From: Eubacteriales bacterium
Lineage (GTDB): Bacteria > Bacillota > Clostridia > Oscillospirales > CAG-272
Assembly: GCA_045633405.1 (NCBI GenBank)
Contig: JAZQYD010000058.1
Location: forward strand, 91,025 to 155,024
Direction of reading: 5' to 3'
Length of the DNA: 64,000 nucleotides
A program made the position numbers and the translations under genes. Below are positions 48,762-58,479 of this stretch, piece by piece (the first letter of the stretch is position 1; each line of letters opens with the position of its first letter). The notes beneath the pieces were generated by a model. That model saw nothing but the letters and a program-made list of their open reading frames with translations. It ran no database searches and was not told the origin of the DNA.

Positions 48762-48863
48762 TACAATAGGATGTTTTTTTAACAAATTCCACAAATTAAA
48801 CAAATAAATCTTTGCAAAGATATACAAAAAATTACAGAATGTCTAAAAAAAGAACAAATAAAG

Positions 48864-48892
48864 TTGAATATTAGAGCCTGTTGTGCTATAAT
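48864..48892 (+). promoter_or_regulatory. sigma-A promoter of the fakA operon
   Basis: TTGAAT-17-TATAAT with extended TG. Confidence 0.7.
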
Positions 48893-48947
48893 TCCTTATT
48901 GATGGCAAAAAATCACCAAGCAACATGGAACTTTTTATGAGGTAAGC

Positions 48948-50588
48948 ATGAATATTTTAGATGGAAAAACACTCAGGTCGATGCTGATAGGCGGAACTGA
49001 AAACATCCGCTCCTCATCTGATGAGATAAATGATCTTAACGTATTCCCCGTCCCCGACGGAGATACGGGCACCAATATGACAATGACCCTTGAGGGAGGT
49101 CTCTGTGAGATAGCGGACGCGGACGATGATCTTACAGTAAGCGACGTTGCTGAGAAATTCGCTCACGGAGCTCTTCTCGGTGCGAGAGGAAACTCGGGCG
49201 TCATACTGTCGCAGATGTTCGCAGGTATCGCAGGATATCTCAAGGATCACGACCGTGTGGATGCGAGGGCACTCGCCGAGGCGTACAAGTGCGGTATCAA
49301 GAAGTCCTACTCTGCTGTCAGAAACCCCACCGAGGGTACGATTCTGACCGTCTTCCGTGAGGCGACTGAATATGCGGCGGACAACGTCACCGACACCTCG
49401 ACCGTTGACGATTTCTACAAGCTCCATATCGAGGAGGCTGCACGCTCTCTCGCAAGAACGAAGGAGATTCTCCCCGTGCTCGCCGAGGCTGACGTTGTCG
49501 ACTCGGGAGGTGCGGGATATCTCGCTATCGCGATGGGAATGTATCTCTCCCTGACGGGCAAGATGAAGGCGGACGTGCATTTCGAGGCGGAGAAGAACAC
49601 TCAGCCCAAGATAAATATCGACTCCTTCGGACGGGATTCCGTGCTCGAGTTCGGATATTGCACCGAGTTTCTTCTCAGGCTCACAACAGCCAAGTGCGAT
49701 CCCGACACCTTCGATGCGGATATCCTTATTAACGCTCTGACGGACATGGGCGGCGAGAGCATTGTCGCATACCGCGAGGGCGACGTAGTCAAGGTGCACG
49801 TTCACACCTTCACCCCCGGTGAGGTACTTAACCTCGCACAGAAATACGGTGAATTTCTCACCCTCAAGATCGAGAATATGTCTGTCGCTCACAGCGACGA
49901 GGTGAAGAAGCCGAACAAGAAGCGTGAGAAGCTCTCGGTTCTGGCGGTAGCCTCGGGAGAGGGCATATCGGCACTCTTCCTCGATATCGGTGCGACGGGA
50001 ATCGTCTCGGGCGGACAGACCGCCAACCCCTCTACGGAGGAGTTCATCGAGGCATTTAAAAAGTACGATGCGGAAAACATCATCGTCCTGCCCAACAACA
50101 AGAACGTATTCCTCGCCGCAAATCAGGCGAAGGAAATGTATAAGGATGCAAACGTATACATCGTGCCCACAAGGAATCTCATGCAGGGCTACGGTGCTCT
50201 CTCGGTCATCAGCCCCGGCATCACCGATATGGACATGCTTGTGAGAAACGCACAGAGTGCGGCGGAGGACGTTCTCGACGTCGAGATCACCCGTGCCGTA
50301 AGACACGTGACCATGTCGGGTAAGGAGATCGACGAGGGGGATTACATCTCCATATCAGGAGGCGAGATCGCCGCAGTGGCGGATTCCTCATACTCCTGTG
50401 TTCTCGAGACTCTCGAGGGGATAGATATGGACGGTTACGAGCTTATTACCCTCTTTGTCGGCAAGGACGTATCCGAGGACGAGAGAGTTGAGCTTCAGGA
50501 TGCTATTGAAGAAAAATATCCCGATCACGAGCTGACCGTATACGACGGAGGTCAGGAGCTCTACGATTACTATATCGCAATCGAATAA
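48948..50588 (+). CDS. fakA: Fatty acid kinase catalytic subunit (DAK2 domain)
   Basis: LNVFPVPDGDTGTNM, GARGNSG, VVDSGG, YCTE, KVHVH and GGQTANPS motifs. Confidence 0.93.
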   Translation: MNILDGKTLRSMLIGGTENIRSSSDEINDLNVFPVPDGDTGTNMTMTLEGGLCEIADADDDLTVSDVAEKFAHGALLGARGNSGVILSQMFAGIAGYLKDHDRVDARALAEAYKCGIKKSYSAVRNPTEGTILTVFREATEYAADNVTDTSTVDDFYKLHIEEAARSLARTKEILPVLAEADVVDSGGAGYLAIAMGMYLSLTGKMKADVHFEAEKNTQPKINIDSFGRDSVLEFGYCTEFLLRLTTAKCDPDTFDADILINALTDMGGESIVAYREGDVVKVHVHTFTPGEVLNLAQKYGEFLTLKIENMSVAHSDEVKKPNKKREKLSVLAVASGEGISALFLDIGATGIVSGGQTANPSTEEFIEAFKKYDAENIIVLPNNKNVFLAANQAKEMYKDANVYIVPTRNLMQGYGALSVISPGITDMDMLVRNAQSAAEDVLDVEITRAVRHVTMSGKEIDEGDYISISGGEIAAVADSSYSCVLETLEGIDMDGYELITLFVGKDVSEDERVELQDAIEEKYPDHELTVYDGGQELYDYYIAIE

Positions 50589-50611
50589 GCCACCGGGAAT
50601 AGGAGAAGGTT

Positions 50612-51580
50612 ATGGAAAAGCTTTACAAAATAGTAATTGACACCAAGGGAAGCGACAAGGGTCCCCTGATGGTTATCAAGGGTGCAGCCCTTGCCCTCGA
50701 GCGTTATCCCACACTCGCCGTATGCCTCGTCGGAGACGGGGAGCTTATAAAGAGCGAGACCGAGAAGCTCGGCTGTGACCCCGATAGAGTGGAGATTATA
50801 AACGCTCCCGATGAGATAACGAACTATGACTCCCCCGCTACTGCACTTTTCGAGAAGCCCGAGTCCTCTCTTGTAAAGGCTCTTACGGCACTCGCATCAC
50901 GTGATGACCTCACGGGTCTTATCAATGCGGGCTCGACCGGTGCACTTCTCGCTGGCTCGATGAGATTTCTCTCGGGCAAGGTGAGAGTCCGTCCCGCACT
51001 TGCGGCAGTGCTCCCTGCGGAAAACGGAAGCTTCACCTGCATCGTAGACACGGGTGCTACCGTTGACTGCACACCCGAGATGCTCCTTCATTTCGCCAAG
51101 CTCGGAAGCGAGTTTATGACACGCCTCTACCGTCTCGAGTCACCTAAGGTCGGTCTTCTCTCCAACGGAGCCGAGCCCACCAAGGGTAACAAGGTAGTAA
51201 AGGAGGCTCACGCACTTCTTGCGGCGGCTGAGGGTATTAACTTCGTTGGAAATATTGAAGGCACGGGTGCTCTCTCCGGAGCGTGCGACGTGCTTGTGTG
51301 CGACGGCTTCGCGGGAAATCAGGTGCTTAAGGTATCCGAGGGCATTGCGAGACGCATTATTACCGATATCGTTAAATATTCAAGGAAGACGGGTGACGAG
51401 AGCCTTATGAAGCTTGTCGGACACCTCATGGCTATGTATGATTTCAACTCCCTGGGCGGCGGAATAATCCTCGGAGTGGACAAGCCGGTTATCAAGGCAC
51501 ACGGTGCCGCAAACGAGCAGTCCATCGTCAATACGGCGGGCATGCTCCTCAATATTGCTGAAAATAAGGAAGTCTTTTAA
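50612..51580 (+). CDS. plsX: Phosphate acyltransferase PlsX (divergent)
   Basis: AGSTGA, RPALA, DTGA, GNIEG, CDGFAGN and IKAHG motifs. Confidence 0.88.
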   Translation: MEKLYKIVIDTKGSDKGPLMVIKGAALALERYPTLAVCLVGDGELIKSETEKLGCDPDRVEIINAPDEITNYDSPATALFEKPESSLVKALTALASRDDLTGLINAGSTGALLAGSMRFLSGKVRVRPALAAVLPAENGSFTCIVDTGATVDCTPEMLLHFAKLGSEFMTRLYRLESPKVGLLSNGAEPTKGNKVVKEAHALLAAAEGINFVGNIEGTGALSGACDVLVCDGFAGNQVLKVSEGIARRIITDIVKYSRKTGDESLMKLVGHLMAMYDFNSLGGGIILGVDKPVIKAHGAANEQSIVNTAGMLLNIAENKEVF

Positions 51581-51599
51581 ATACTCAAGGAGGTAAATT

Positions 51600-52499
51600 A
51601 TGAGTAAAATTAAGATTATGTGTACGTCTACGGGATGCATCGATTACGCACCCGAGAGATACCGTGAGCTCGGCATTGAGATAATCAGAATTCACATTCT
51701 CTTCGAGGGCAAGGAGCACCTCGAGGGACTTGATCTCGATCCCACTGACTTCTACAAGCGTCTTGAAACACTTGAGAATCCGAAGAACAACCTCCCCTCC
51801 ACCGCCATGCCTACGACAGAGGCACTCCGTGAGCACTACGAGGGAGCTATCCGTGACGGATATGACGAGGTTATTATTTTCACACTCTCCTCCGCTCTCG
51901 GCGGTACCTACAACAAGATATGCCTTATTGGAGAAGAATTCAAGGACAGAATTAAGATCAACGTTATCGATACGAAGATATCCTGCTTCGGCGAGGGTCT
52001 TCTCGCCATCAAGGCGGCAGAGTGGGCACGAGACGGAAAATCAAGCGATGAGATACTCCGTGAGATCGACTGGATGATGAAGCGTCAGGAGTTCATCGGA
52101 GTTGATGCGAAGCTTGACTACCTTATTTATAACGGCAGACTCAAGGGCGGAAAGGCATTCCTCGGTCAGATGCTGAAGATATGCCCCGTAGTTCACTTCA
52201 CCAAGGAGGGCGAGATCGTCGCTCTTGAGAACAAGCGTACTCCTAAGAAGGCACTCGGACGTATGTGCGAGATACTGAAGGAAATCATAGGCGACAGAGC
52301 ACCCGAGGATTATCTTCTCTGGCATATGTATACAGGTCCCGATTTCATCGAGAATCTCCGCGAGATCGAGGAGAATTACGGTATAAAGACAAATCACGAG
52401 GCGGTTATCGTCTCCCCCGTCAGCGGTGCACATAACGGCCCCTGGCTTGCAGGCTACGGTCTTGCATTCCTCCGCCGCGATGACGAGCCTCTCGAGTGA
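51600..52499 (+). CDS. DegV family fatty acid-binding protein (FakB-like)
   Basis: PSTAMP, LSSALGGTY, DYLIYNGR and SPVSGAHNGP motifs. Confidence 0.9.
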   Translation: MSKIKIMCTSTGCIDYAPERYRELGIEIIRIHILFEGKEHLEGLDLDPTDFYKRLETLENPKNNLPSTAMPTTEALREHYEGAIRDGYDEVIIFTLSSALGGTYNKICLIGEEFKDRIKINVIDTKISCFGEGLLAIKAAEWARDGKSSDEILREIDWMMKRQEFIGVDAKLDYLIYNGRLKGGKAFLGQMLKICPVVHFTKEGEIVALENKRTPKKALGRMCEILKEIIGDRAPEDYLLWHMYTGPDFIENLREIEENYGIKTNHEAVIVSPVSGAHNGPWLAGYGLAFLRRDDEPLE

Positions 52500-52505
52500 T
52501 CCGTT

Positions 52506-53633
52506 ATGGCAGACATTAAGATCAGAGAGGTCCTCACAAAAGAGGATATTAAGGAATTTGTAAACTTTCCTTTACAATTATACAAGAATTGCGAGTATTT
52601 CGTTCCTCCGCTTTATGCAGATGAGAAGAAGCTTCTCCGCACAGGCGGTGACAGGAAGATATCCGAGAGTGTATTCTTCCTCGCAGAGCGTGAGGGAGAG
52701 GTTGTCGGACGCATCCAGGGAATCATTCAAAAGCAGTACAATTCTTTACACGGGTGCCATGATGTGCGTTTCACACGCTTCGATTCGATAGATGATAAGG
52801 ACGTCTCCCGTGCACTCTTCGGTGCTGTTTCGGAGTGGGGACGAGAGAGAGGCATGACAGATATCGTAGGCCCCCTCGGATACAGTGACCTCGACCGTGA
52901 GGGTCTTCTCATAGAGGGCTTCACGGAGCCCGAGACGTTCGAGGAGCAGTACAGCTACGAATACTACCCCGCCCTCGTCGAGGACTACGGCTTCTCTAAG
53001 GACGTGGATTGGCTCGAGTTTGAGCTTCGTGCTCCCGATAAGAAGAACGAGATGCTCGGTAGAGTCGCTGAGAGGACTCTCGAGATGAACAAGCTCCACG
53101 TGGTCGACTCAAGTAACATGTCGAAGAGAAAATACATCGACAAATACAGAGACGGCTTCTTCGACTGTCTCGACAGATGCTATTCCAAGCTCTACGGCAC
53201 CGTCCCGATCACAAAGGATATGCAGGATGAGATCATCTCGCAGTTTATGCTTGTTGTAAACAAGAAGTATCTCGTCTTCATCTGTGACGAGTCGGAGAGG
53301 GTTGTCGCATTCGGTCTTTGCTTCCCCTCCATCGCCGATGCACTGAGAGGCACCTCGGGAAGAATTACTCCCGTAACTCTCGTTAAGCTTCTTATGGCAG
53401 TCAGCAATCCCAAGACTATCGATCTTGCACTCGTTGCGGTGCTTCCCGAGTATCAGAATGCGGGTCTTAACGCTGTTATCCTGAATGCACTTGTCGATAT
53501 GCTCAGTGAAGGTACCGTCGAGAAATGCGAGACCAATCTCAATCTTGAGACGAACACTGCCGTTATCGCTCAGTGGAAGCACTTCAATGCCCGTCAGCAC
53601 AAAAGACGCAGATGTTACAGAAAGAAAATATAA
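52506..53633 (+). CDS. Double-GNAT N-acyltransferase, YghO/bacterial ceramide synthase-like
   Basis: FVNFPLQLY...FVPPL, FFLAEREGEVVGRI, GPLGYSDLDREGLLIEGF, YYPALVEDYGF and VLPEYQNAG...LETN motifs. Confidence 0.72.
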   Translation: MADIKIREVLTKEDIKEFVNFPLQLYKNCEYFVPPLYADEKKLLRTGGDRKISESVFFLAEREGEVVGRIQGIIQKQYNSLHGCHDVRFTRFDSIDDKDVSRALFGAVSEWGRERGMTDIVGPLGYSDLDREGLLIEGFTEPETFEEQYSYEYYPALVEDYGFSKDVDWLEFELRAPDKKNEMLGRVAERTLEMNKLHVVDSSNMSKRKYIDKYRDGFFDCLDRCYSKLYGTVPITKDMQDEIISQFMLVVNKKYLVFICDESERVVAFGLCFPSIADALRGTSGRITPVTLVKLLMAVSNPKTIDLALVAVLPEYQNAGLNAVILNALVDMLSEGTVEKCETNLNLETNTAVIAQWKHFNARQHKRRRCYRKKI

Positions 53634-53644
53634 GGAGAAGGCAT

Positions 53645-53869
53645 ATGCTTGAAAGACTTAAAAACGTGCTTGCAAGAGTAACGCCCGACGTGGATATGGA
53701 TAAGGTTACGGAGGATACCACCCTTATCGATGAGCTCGGCTTCGACTCTCTTGCCATAATGATGATGTCTATGGAGATCGAGGACTGCTTCGGCTTCAAG
53801 TTCACAGAATTTGTACGCTTTGAGACTGTCGGAGACGTTTGCAGATATCTTGAGGAGAAGGTCGGCTGA
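53645..53869 (+). CDS. Acyl carrier protein
   Basis: ELGFDSL phosphopantetheine site; acidic 74 aa; ATG 53645 with RBS AAGGAG. Confidence 0.9.
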   Translation: MLERLKNVLARVTPDVDMDKVTEDTTLIDELGFDSLAIMMMSMEIEDCFGFKFTEFVRFETVGDVCRYLEEKVG

Positions 53870-53915
53870 AACTTAAAATAATCCTCCCCTTGCACGATTA
53901 TTATTTTAAAACTCA

Positions 53916-53980
53916 TTGACTTTACATATTTTACTTGGTATAATAGCTAATGGCAGACAATTGCCGTTAGCTATTTTTTT
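53916..53980 (+). promoter_or_regulatory. Promoter overlapping an intrinsic terminator
   Basis: TTGACT-17-TATAAT (53916-53944); hairpin AATAGCTAATGGCA...TGCCGTTAGCTATT plus T tract (53942-53980). Confidence 0.6.
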
Positions 53981-54071
53981 GCTTTCGCCCCTTCTGCCGA
54001 CGTTTGGTGGGGAAAAATCTCCCCATAGGCTTTAATAAAGGCATATACTGCCGCTATCATCTGGAGGAAAA

Positions 54072-55916
54072 ATGGATTTTATTCTCGGTTGTAATTATTG
54101 GGCATCCAATGCGGGTGCGGATATGTGGAAATTCTTTGACGAGGACGCAATAAGAGAAGACCTGCGTGTACTGTCCGAAAACGGTGTAACGCATATGAGA
54201 GTCTTCCCCAACTGGAGAGACTTCCAGCCCGTTATGCCCCTTTTCAGAGGTCACGGAGTGCTCGATCACTACTGTATGGAGGGCGAGGTCGAGCCCGAAA
54301 ACGAATACTTCCTTGACGAGGTAATGCTCTCACGCTTCTCACTTTTCCTCGATATATGCGACAAATACAATATAAAGGTTGTTGTCGGACTCATCACCGG
54401 ATGGATGAGCGGACGTCTCTACGTTCCCTCGGCGTTCTACGGTCACGACGTCCTGACCGATCCCACCGCCATCTACTTCGAGCAGCTCTTCATAAGAGGC
54501 TTCGTCTCGAGGTTCAAGGACAGGGATGCCGTCTATGCATGGGACCTCGGCAACGAGTGTAACTGTATGGGAGACGCAGACAGAATTCAGGCGGTTAATT
54601 GGACCGCTACAATTGCCAATGCGATAAGAGCGGAGGATCCCTCCCGCCCCGTAGTATCGGGAATGCACGGCATCAGCGTCGATCCCGATAAATCCTGGCA
54701 GATAAAGGATCAGGCGGCCTGGACCGATATGCTCACAACTCACCCCTACCCCTATTGGTGTGCCTTCACCAGGATAGACGATACCCTCTCGCTCCGTACT
54801 ACCATGCATGCGACCGCTGAGAACAAGTACTACTCCGAGTGCGGCGGACGCCCCTGTATGGCAGAGGAGATCGGCACAATGGGGCCTATGCTCTCGTCGA
54901 ACGATGCGGCGGCTGATTTCATAAGAACAAATCTCTTCTCGCTCTGGTCTAACGATTCCGCGGGAGTTATGTGGTGGTGCGGACACGAGCAGACAATGCT
55001 CACTTCCTTCCCCTACTCCACCAATATGGTAGAGCTTGAGCTCGGACTTCTGAGGTCCGACCGTACACCCAAGCCCGTTATGCTTGAAATAAAGAAATTC
55101 AAGGAGTTCCTTGACAGAGCTAATATCGACCTCCCCCCTGCCGAGTGTGATGCGGTATGCTTACTCTCCCACGGACAGAGACAGTGGGGAATCTGCTATA
55201 CCTCCCACGTGCTCGCACGCAAGGCCGGACTCAACCTCAGATTCGCATATGCGAATGACGGCATCCCCGAGGCGAAGACCTATCTTCTTCCCTCCGTTAA
55301 CGGCATCACCGTTATGTATGCGAAGAGGTACAAGGAGCTTAAGGAAAGAGTTATGGAGGGTGCTGACCTCTTTATCTCGATGAACAACGGCGTTCTTTCC
55401 GAGTTCGAGTCGCTGACGGGTCTGCGTGTGCTTGATTCCTACGAGGCACCGAAAAGAGGCACCGTTACTCTTGACGGAAAGGCGTACCCCTTCACTGCGA
55501 AACGCACGTACAAGCTTGAGCCCGTCGGTGCTGAGGTGCTCGCATACGATGACCTCGGCAATCCCGCACTCACCGTATATAAGTACGGCAAGGGACGTGT
55601 GTTCTACTTAAACTTCCCTCTCGAGGACAATCTTATAGACACCCACGATGCATTCACCGACGGACACGAGGCGATATACAGGCTTGTGCTCGGCGACGTC
55701 ATCGACTCCATCCCCGTCAAGGTAGAGGGAGAGGACGTATACACCACCTATCACTACGGTGACGGCAAGGTATATGCGGTAGCGGTAAACCACTCTGAAA
55801 AGGACAGTAAAATCACCGTCAGGGCTGACGGATATAGGATCGGTAAGGTTCATTACGGATATTCCGACAGGGTATGTGCCTTCGATGCATCCGTCATCGA
55901 GCTTTACAAAATATAA
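54072..55916 (+). CDS. Clan GH-A glycoside hydrolase (GH5-like with GH42-type C-terminal domain), no signal peptide
   Basis: GCNYW, WDLGNEC (acid/base), THPYP, MAEEIG (nucleophile) and MWWC motifs; YGKGRV C-terminal domain. Confidence 0.8.
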   Translation: MDFILGCNYWASNAGADMWKFFDEDAIREDLRVLSENGVTHMRVFPNWRDFQPVMPLFRGHGVLDHYCMEGEVEPENEYFLDEVMLSRFSLFLDICDKYNIKVVVGLITGWMSGRLYVPSAFYGHDVLTDPTAIYFEQLFIRGFVSRFKDRDAVYAWDLGNECNCMGDADRIQAVNWTATIANAIRAEDPSRPVVSGMHGISVDPDKSWQIKDQAAWTDMLTTHPYPYWCAFTRIDDTLSLRTTMHATAENKYYSECGGRPCMAEEIGTMGPMLSSNDAAADFIRTNLFSLWSNDSAGVMWWCGHEQTMLTSFPYSTNMVELELGLLRSDRTPKPVMLEIKKFKEFLDRANIDLPPAECDAVCLLSHGQRQWGICYTSHVLARKAGLNLRFAYANDGIPEAKTYLLPSVNGITVMYAKRYKELKERVMEGADLFISMNNGVLSEFESLTGLRVLDSYEAPKRGTVTLDGKAYPFTAKRTYKLEPVGAEVLAYDDLGNPALTVYKYGKGRVFYLNFPLEDNLIDTHDAFTDGHEAIYRLVLGDVIDSIPVKVEGEDVYTTYHYGDGKVYAVAVNHSEKDSKITVRADGYRIGKVHYGYSDRVCAFDASVIELYKI

Positions 55917-55964
55917 TACCGCACCTATGCAGTAAAATAAATCCAAGTTTTTTCGCATAAAATA

Positions 55965-55993
55965 TTTACAATACCCGTTTTCTGTGGTATACT
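55965..55993 (+). promoter_or_regulatory. sigma-A promoter of the cofE-like/GH88 operon
   Basis: TTTACA-17-TATACT with extended TG. Confidence 0.65.
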
Positions 55994-56042
55994 AAGGTTT
56001 GTTAATTCAGCCGCTTTAGCGGCGTGCAAGGAGATATGATCT

Positions 56043-57239
56043 ATGAGTCGTATGATTGGAACAGTTTCACGCGGTGTGCGTGCACCCATTATCAGAGAGG
56101 GTGACAGCATCGTTGACATAGTTACGGAGTCGGTGCTCGAGGCGGCTAAGTCCGAGGGCTTCGAATTACGTGACAGAGATATAATCGCTATGACGGAGGC
56201 TATCGTGGCACGTGCTCAGGGCAACTATGCAACAGTTGATGACATTGCTGCCGACGTGCGTGCGAGGCTCGGGGGCGAGACTGTGGGAGTTATCCTTCCC
56301 ATTCTCTCGAGAAACCGCTTCGCTATCTGCCTTCGCGGTATTGCTAAGGGAGCTAAGAAGATCGTCCTTATGCTCTCCTACCCCTCCGACGAGGTTGGAA
56401 ACCACCTCATCTCTCTCGATATGCTCGATGAGAAGGGTGTAGACCCCTACCGTGACGTGCTCGATCTCGCAACCTACCGTGAGCTCTTCGGCTACGTTAA
56501 GCACAGATTCACGGGTATGGACTACGTAGCGTATTACGAGAGCCTTGTTCGTGAGGCGGGTGCTGACTTCGAGGTCATCTTCGCAAACGATCCGAGAGCA
56601 ATTCTCACATACACTAAGAACGTTATCAACTGCGATATTCATACAAGAAAGAGAACGAAAAGACTCCTCCGTCAGGCAGGTGCTGAGCGTGTAGTCGGTC
56701 TTGACGAGATCCTCTCCGCTCCCGTTAACGGAAGCGGATATAACGAGACCTACGGTCTTCTCGGCTCCAACAAGGCGACCGAGGATAAGGTCAAGCTCTT
56801 CCCCCGTGACTGCCAGCCCATCGTAGATGCTATCCGCAAGAAGATATTCGATGCTACGGGCAAGCACGTAGAGGTCATGGTATACGGAGACGGTGCCTTC
56901 AAGGATCCCGTGGGAAAGATCTGGGAGCTTGCTGACCCGGTAGTATCTCCCGCATACACCAAGGGGCTCGAGGGTACTCCCAACGAGCTGAAGCTCAAGT
57001 ACCTCGCAGACAATGATTTCGCATCCCTCTCGGGCGATGAGCTGAAGGAGGCTATCAAGAGCGAGATCGTGAAGAAGGACTCCGACCTTGTCGGAAGCAT
57101 GGCGTCCGAGGGAACCACACCCCGTCAGCTGACCGACCTTATCGGCTCTCTCTGCGACCTCACCTCCGGCTCGGGCGATAAGGGTACACCCATCGTACTG
57201 ATCCAGGGCTATTTCGACAATTACACGACCGAATATTGA
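56043..57239 (+). CDS. F420-0:gamma-glutamyl ligase (CofE)-like family protein
   Basis: APIIREGD, MTEAIVAR and DLTSGSGDKGTPIVLIQG motifs. Confidence 0.82.
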   Translation: MSRMIGTVSRGVRAPIIREGDSIVDIVTESVLEAAKSEGFELRDRDIIAMTEAIVARAQGNYATVDDIAADVRARLGGETVGVILPILSRNRFAICLRGIAKGAKKIVLMLSYPSDEVGNHLISLDMLDEKGVDPYRDVLDLATYRELFGYVKHRFTGMDYVAYYESLVREAGADFEVIFANDPRAILTYTKNVINCDIHTRKRTKRLLRQAGAERVVGLDEILSAPVNGSGYNETYGLLGSNKATEDKVKLFPRDCQPIVDAIRKKIFDATGKHVEVMVYGDGAFKDPVGKIWELADPVVSPAYTKGLEGTPNELKLKYLADNDFASLSGDELKEAIKSEIVKKDSDLVGSMASEGTTPRQLTDLIGSLCDLTSGSGDKGTPIVLIQGYFDNYTTEY

Positions 57240-57265
57240 TACATGCGACCTGAAAGGAGAAAGAA

Positions 57266-58465
57266 ATGATTACCGAAAAGATCGTACTCAAGAACCCCGA
57301 AAGATTCGCCGAGGTTCCTGCTCTTAACAAGGCCAAGATCGAGGCGGCGGCGGAGGCTGCTGTTAATAAGCTTGAGGAGAGAACCAAGAGCTTCGGCCTC
57401 GACAGCTACCCCTGGATGTGCACGAAGAATTACCGCTACGTGCCCCGTCCCAACAACGACTGGCAGCACGGTATGTACTCGGGATGCTATTGGCTCGCAT
57501 ATGAGCTCACCGGCAACAGGTTCTTTCGTGAGTGTGCTGAGTATCAGCTTAAATCCTTCCGTGAGAGATTCGATAACGGTGTCGGCATCGACAACCACGA
57601 TCTCGGATTCGTATATATCCCCTCCGCCCTCGCCGCATATAAGGTAACGGGTAACGAGGAGGGTCTCAGGCTCGCACTCGATGCGGCTAAGTACCTCTAT
57701 GAGAAGAACTACACCGATATCGGTAAGTTCATCATAAGATGCCATCTCAGATGCAGTGCAAACGACGATTCCGGATGCCGTACCATGATGGACTCGCTTA
57801 TGAATGCTCCCCTTATGTTCTGGGCTGCTGAGCACACGGGCGAGGAGAAATACTACAAGGCGGCTCTCGATCACAACAGAACCACAGAGCAGCTTCTCAT
57901 CAGAGCCGACGGCTCGTCCTACCACCACTATCAGTTCGATCCCGAGACCTGGGGCCCGAGACACGGACTTACCTTCCAGGGTCACTCTAATGAATCCACC
58001 TGGTCACGCGGCCACTCCTGGGGTGTATACGGCTTCGCCATCACCCACTCCTACACGGGCGAGGAGTTCATCCGTGACGTACATAAGGGCATCACGCTCT
58101 TCATGCTGAACCGTCTTCCCTCCGATCTTATTCCCTGCTGGGATTACGATTTCACCACCGAGGACAATTACAGAGACGCATCTGCGGCTTGTATCTCCTC
58201 GTGCGGTATGCTCGATATGGCATCGAGACTTGATGACGGCGATCCCGATAAGACTCTCTTCCTCAGTGCGGCCAATCAGCTCACCGAGGCCGTCATCGAC
58301 AAGTGCACCTGCGATATCGGCACGCCCTTCGACGGATTTATTCACCACGTATCTCACGCTCTTCCTCAGGGCTACGGCTTCGATGAGTGTGCTGTATACG
58401 GCGACTACTTCTACCTCGAGCTTCTTACAAGACATCTGAAGCCCGATTGGAAGAGATATTGGTAA
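57266..58465 (+). CDS. GH88 unsaturated glucuronyl hydrolase, copy 1
   Basis: HDLGF, MMDSLMN, SSYH, QG, WSRGHSW, DASA and YGDYFYLE motifs. Confidence 0.92.
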   Translation: MITEKIVLKNPERFAEVPALNKAKIEAAAEAAVNKLEERTKSFGLDSYPWMCTKNYRYVPRPNNDWQHGMYSGCYWLAYELTGNRFFRECAEYQLKSFRERFDNGVGIDNHDLGFVYIPSALAAYKVTGNEEGLRLALDAAKYLYEKNYTDIGKFIIRCHLRCSANDDSGCRTMMDSLMNAPLMFWAAEHTGEEKYYKAALDHNRTTEQLLIRADGSSYHHYQFDPETWGPRHGLTFQGHSNESTWSRGHSWGVYGFAITHSYTGEEFIRDVHKGITLFMLNRLPSDLIPCWDYDFTTEDNYRDASAACISSCGMLDMASRLDDGDPDKTLFLSAANQLTEAVIDKCTCDIGTPFDGFIHHVSHALPQGYGFDECAVYGDYFYLELLTRHLKPDWKRYW

Positions 58466-58479
58466 ATGGAGGACCGAAA

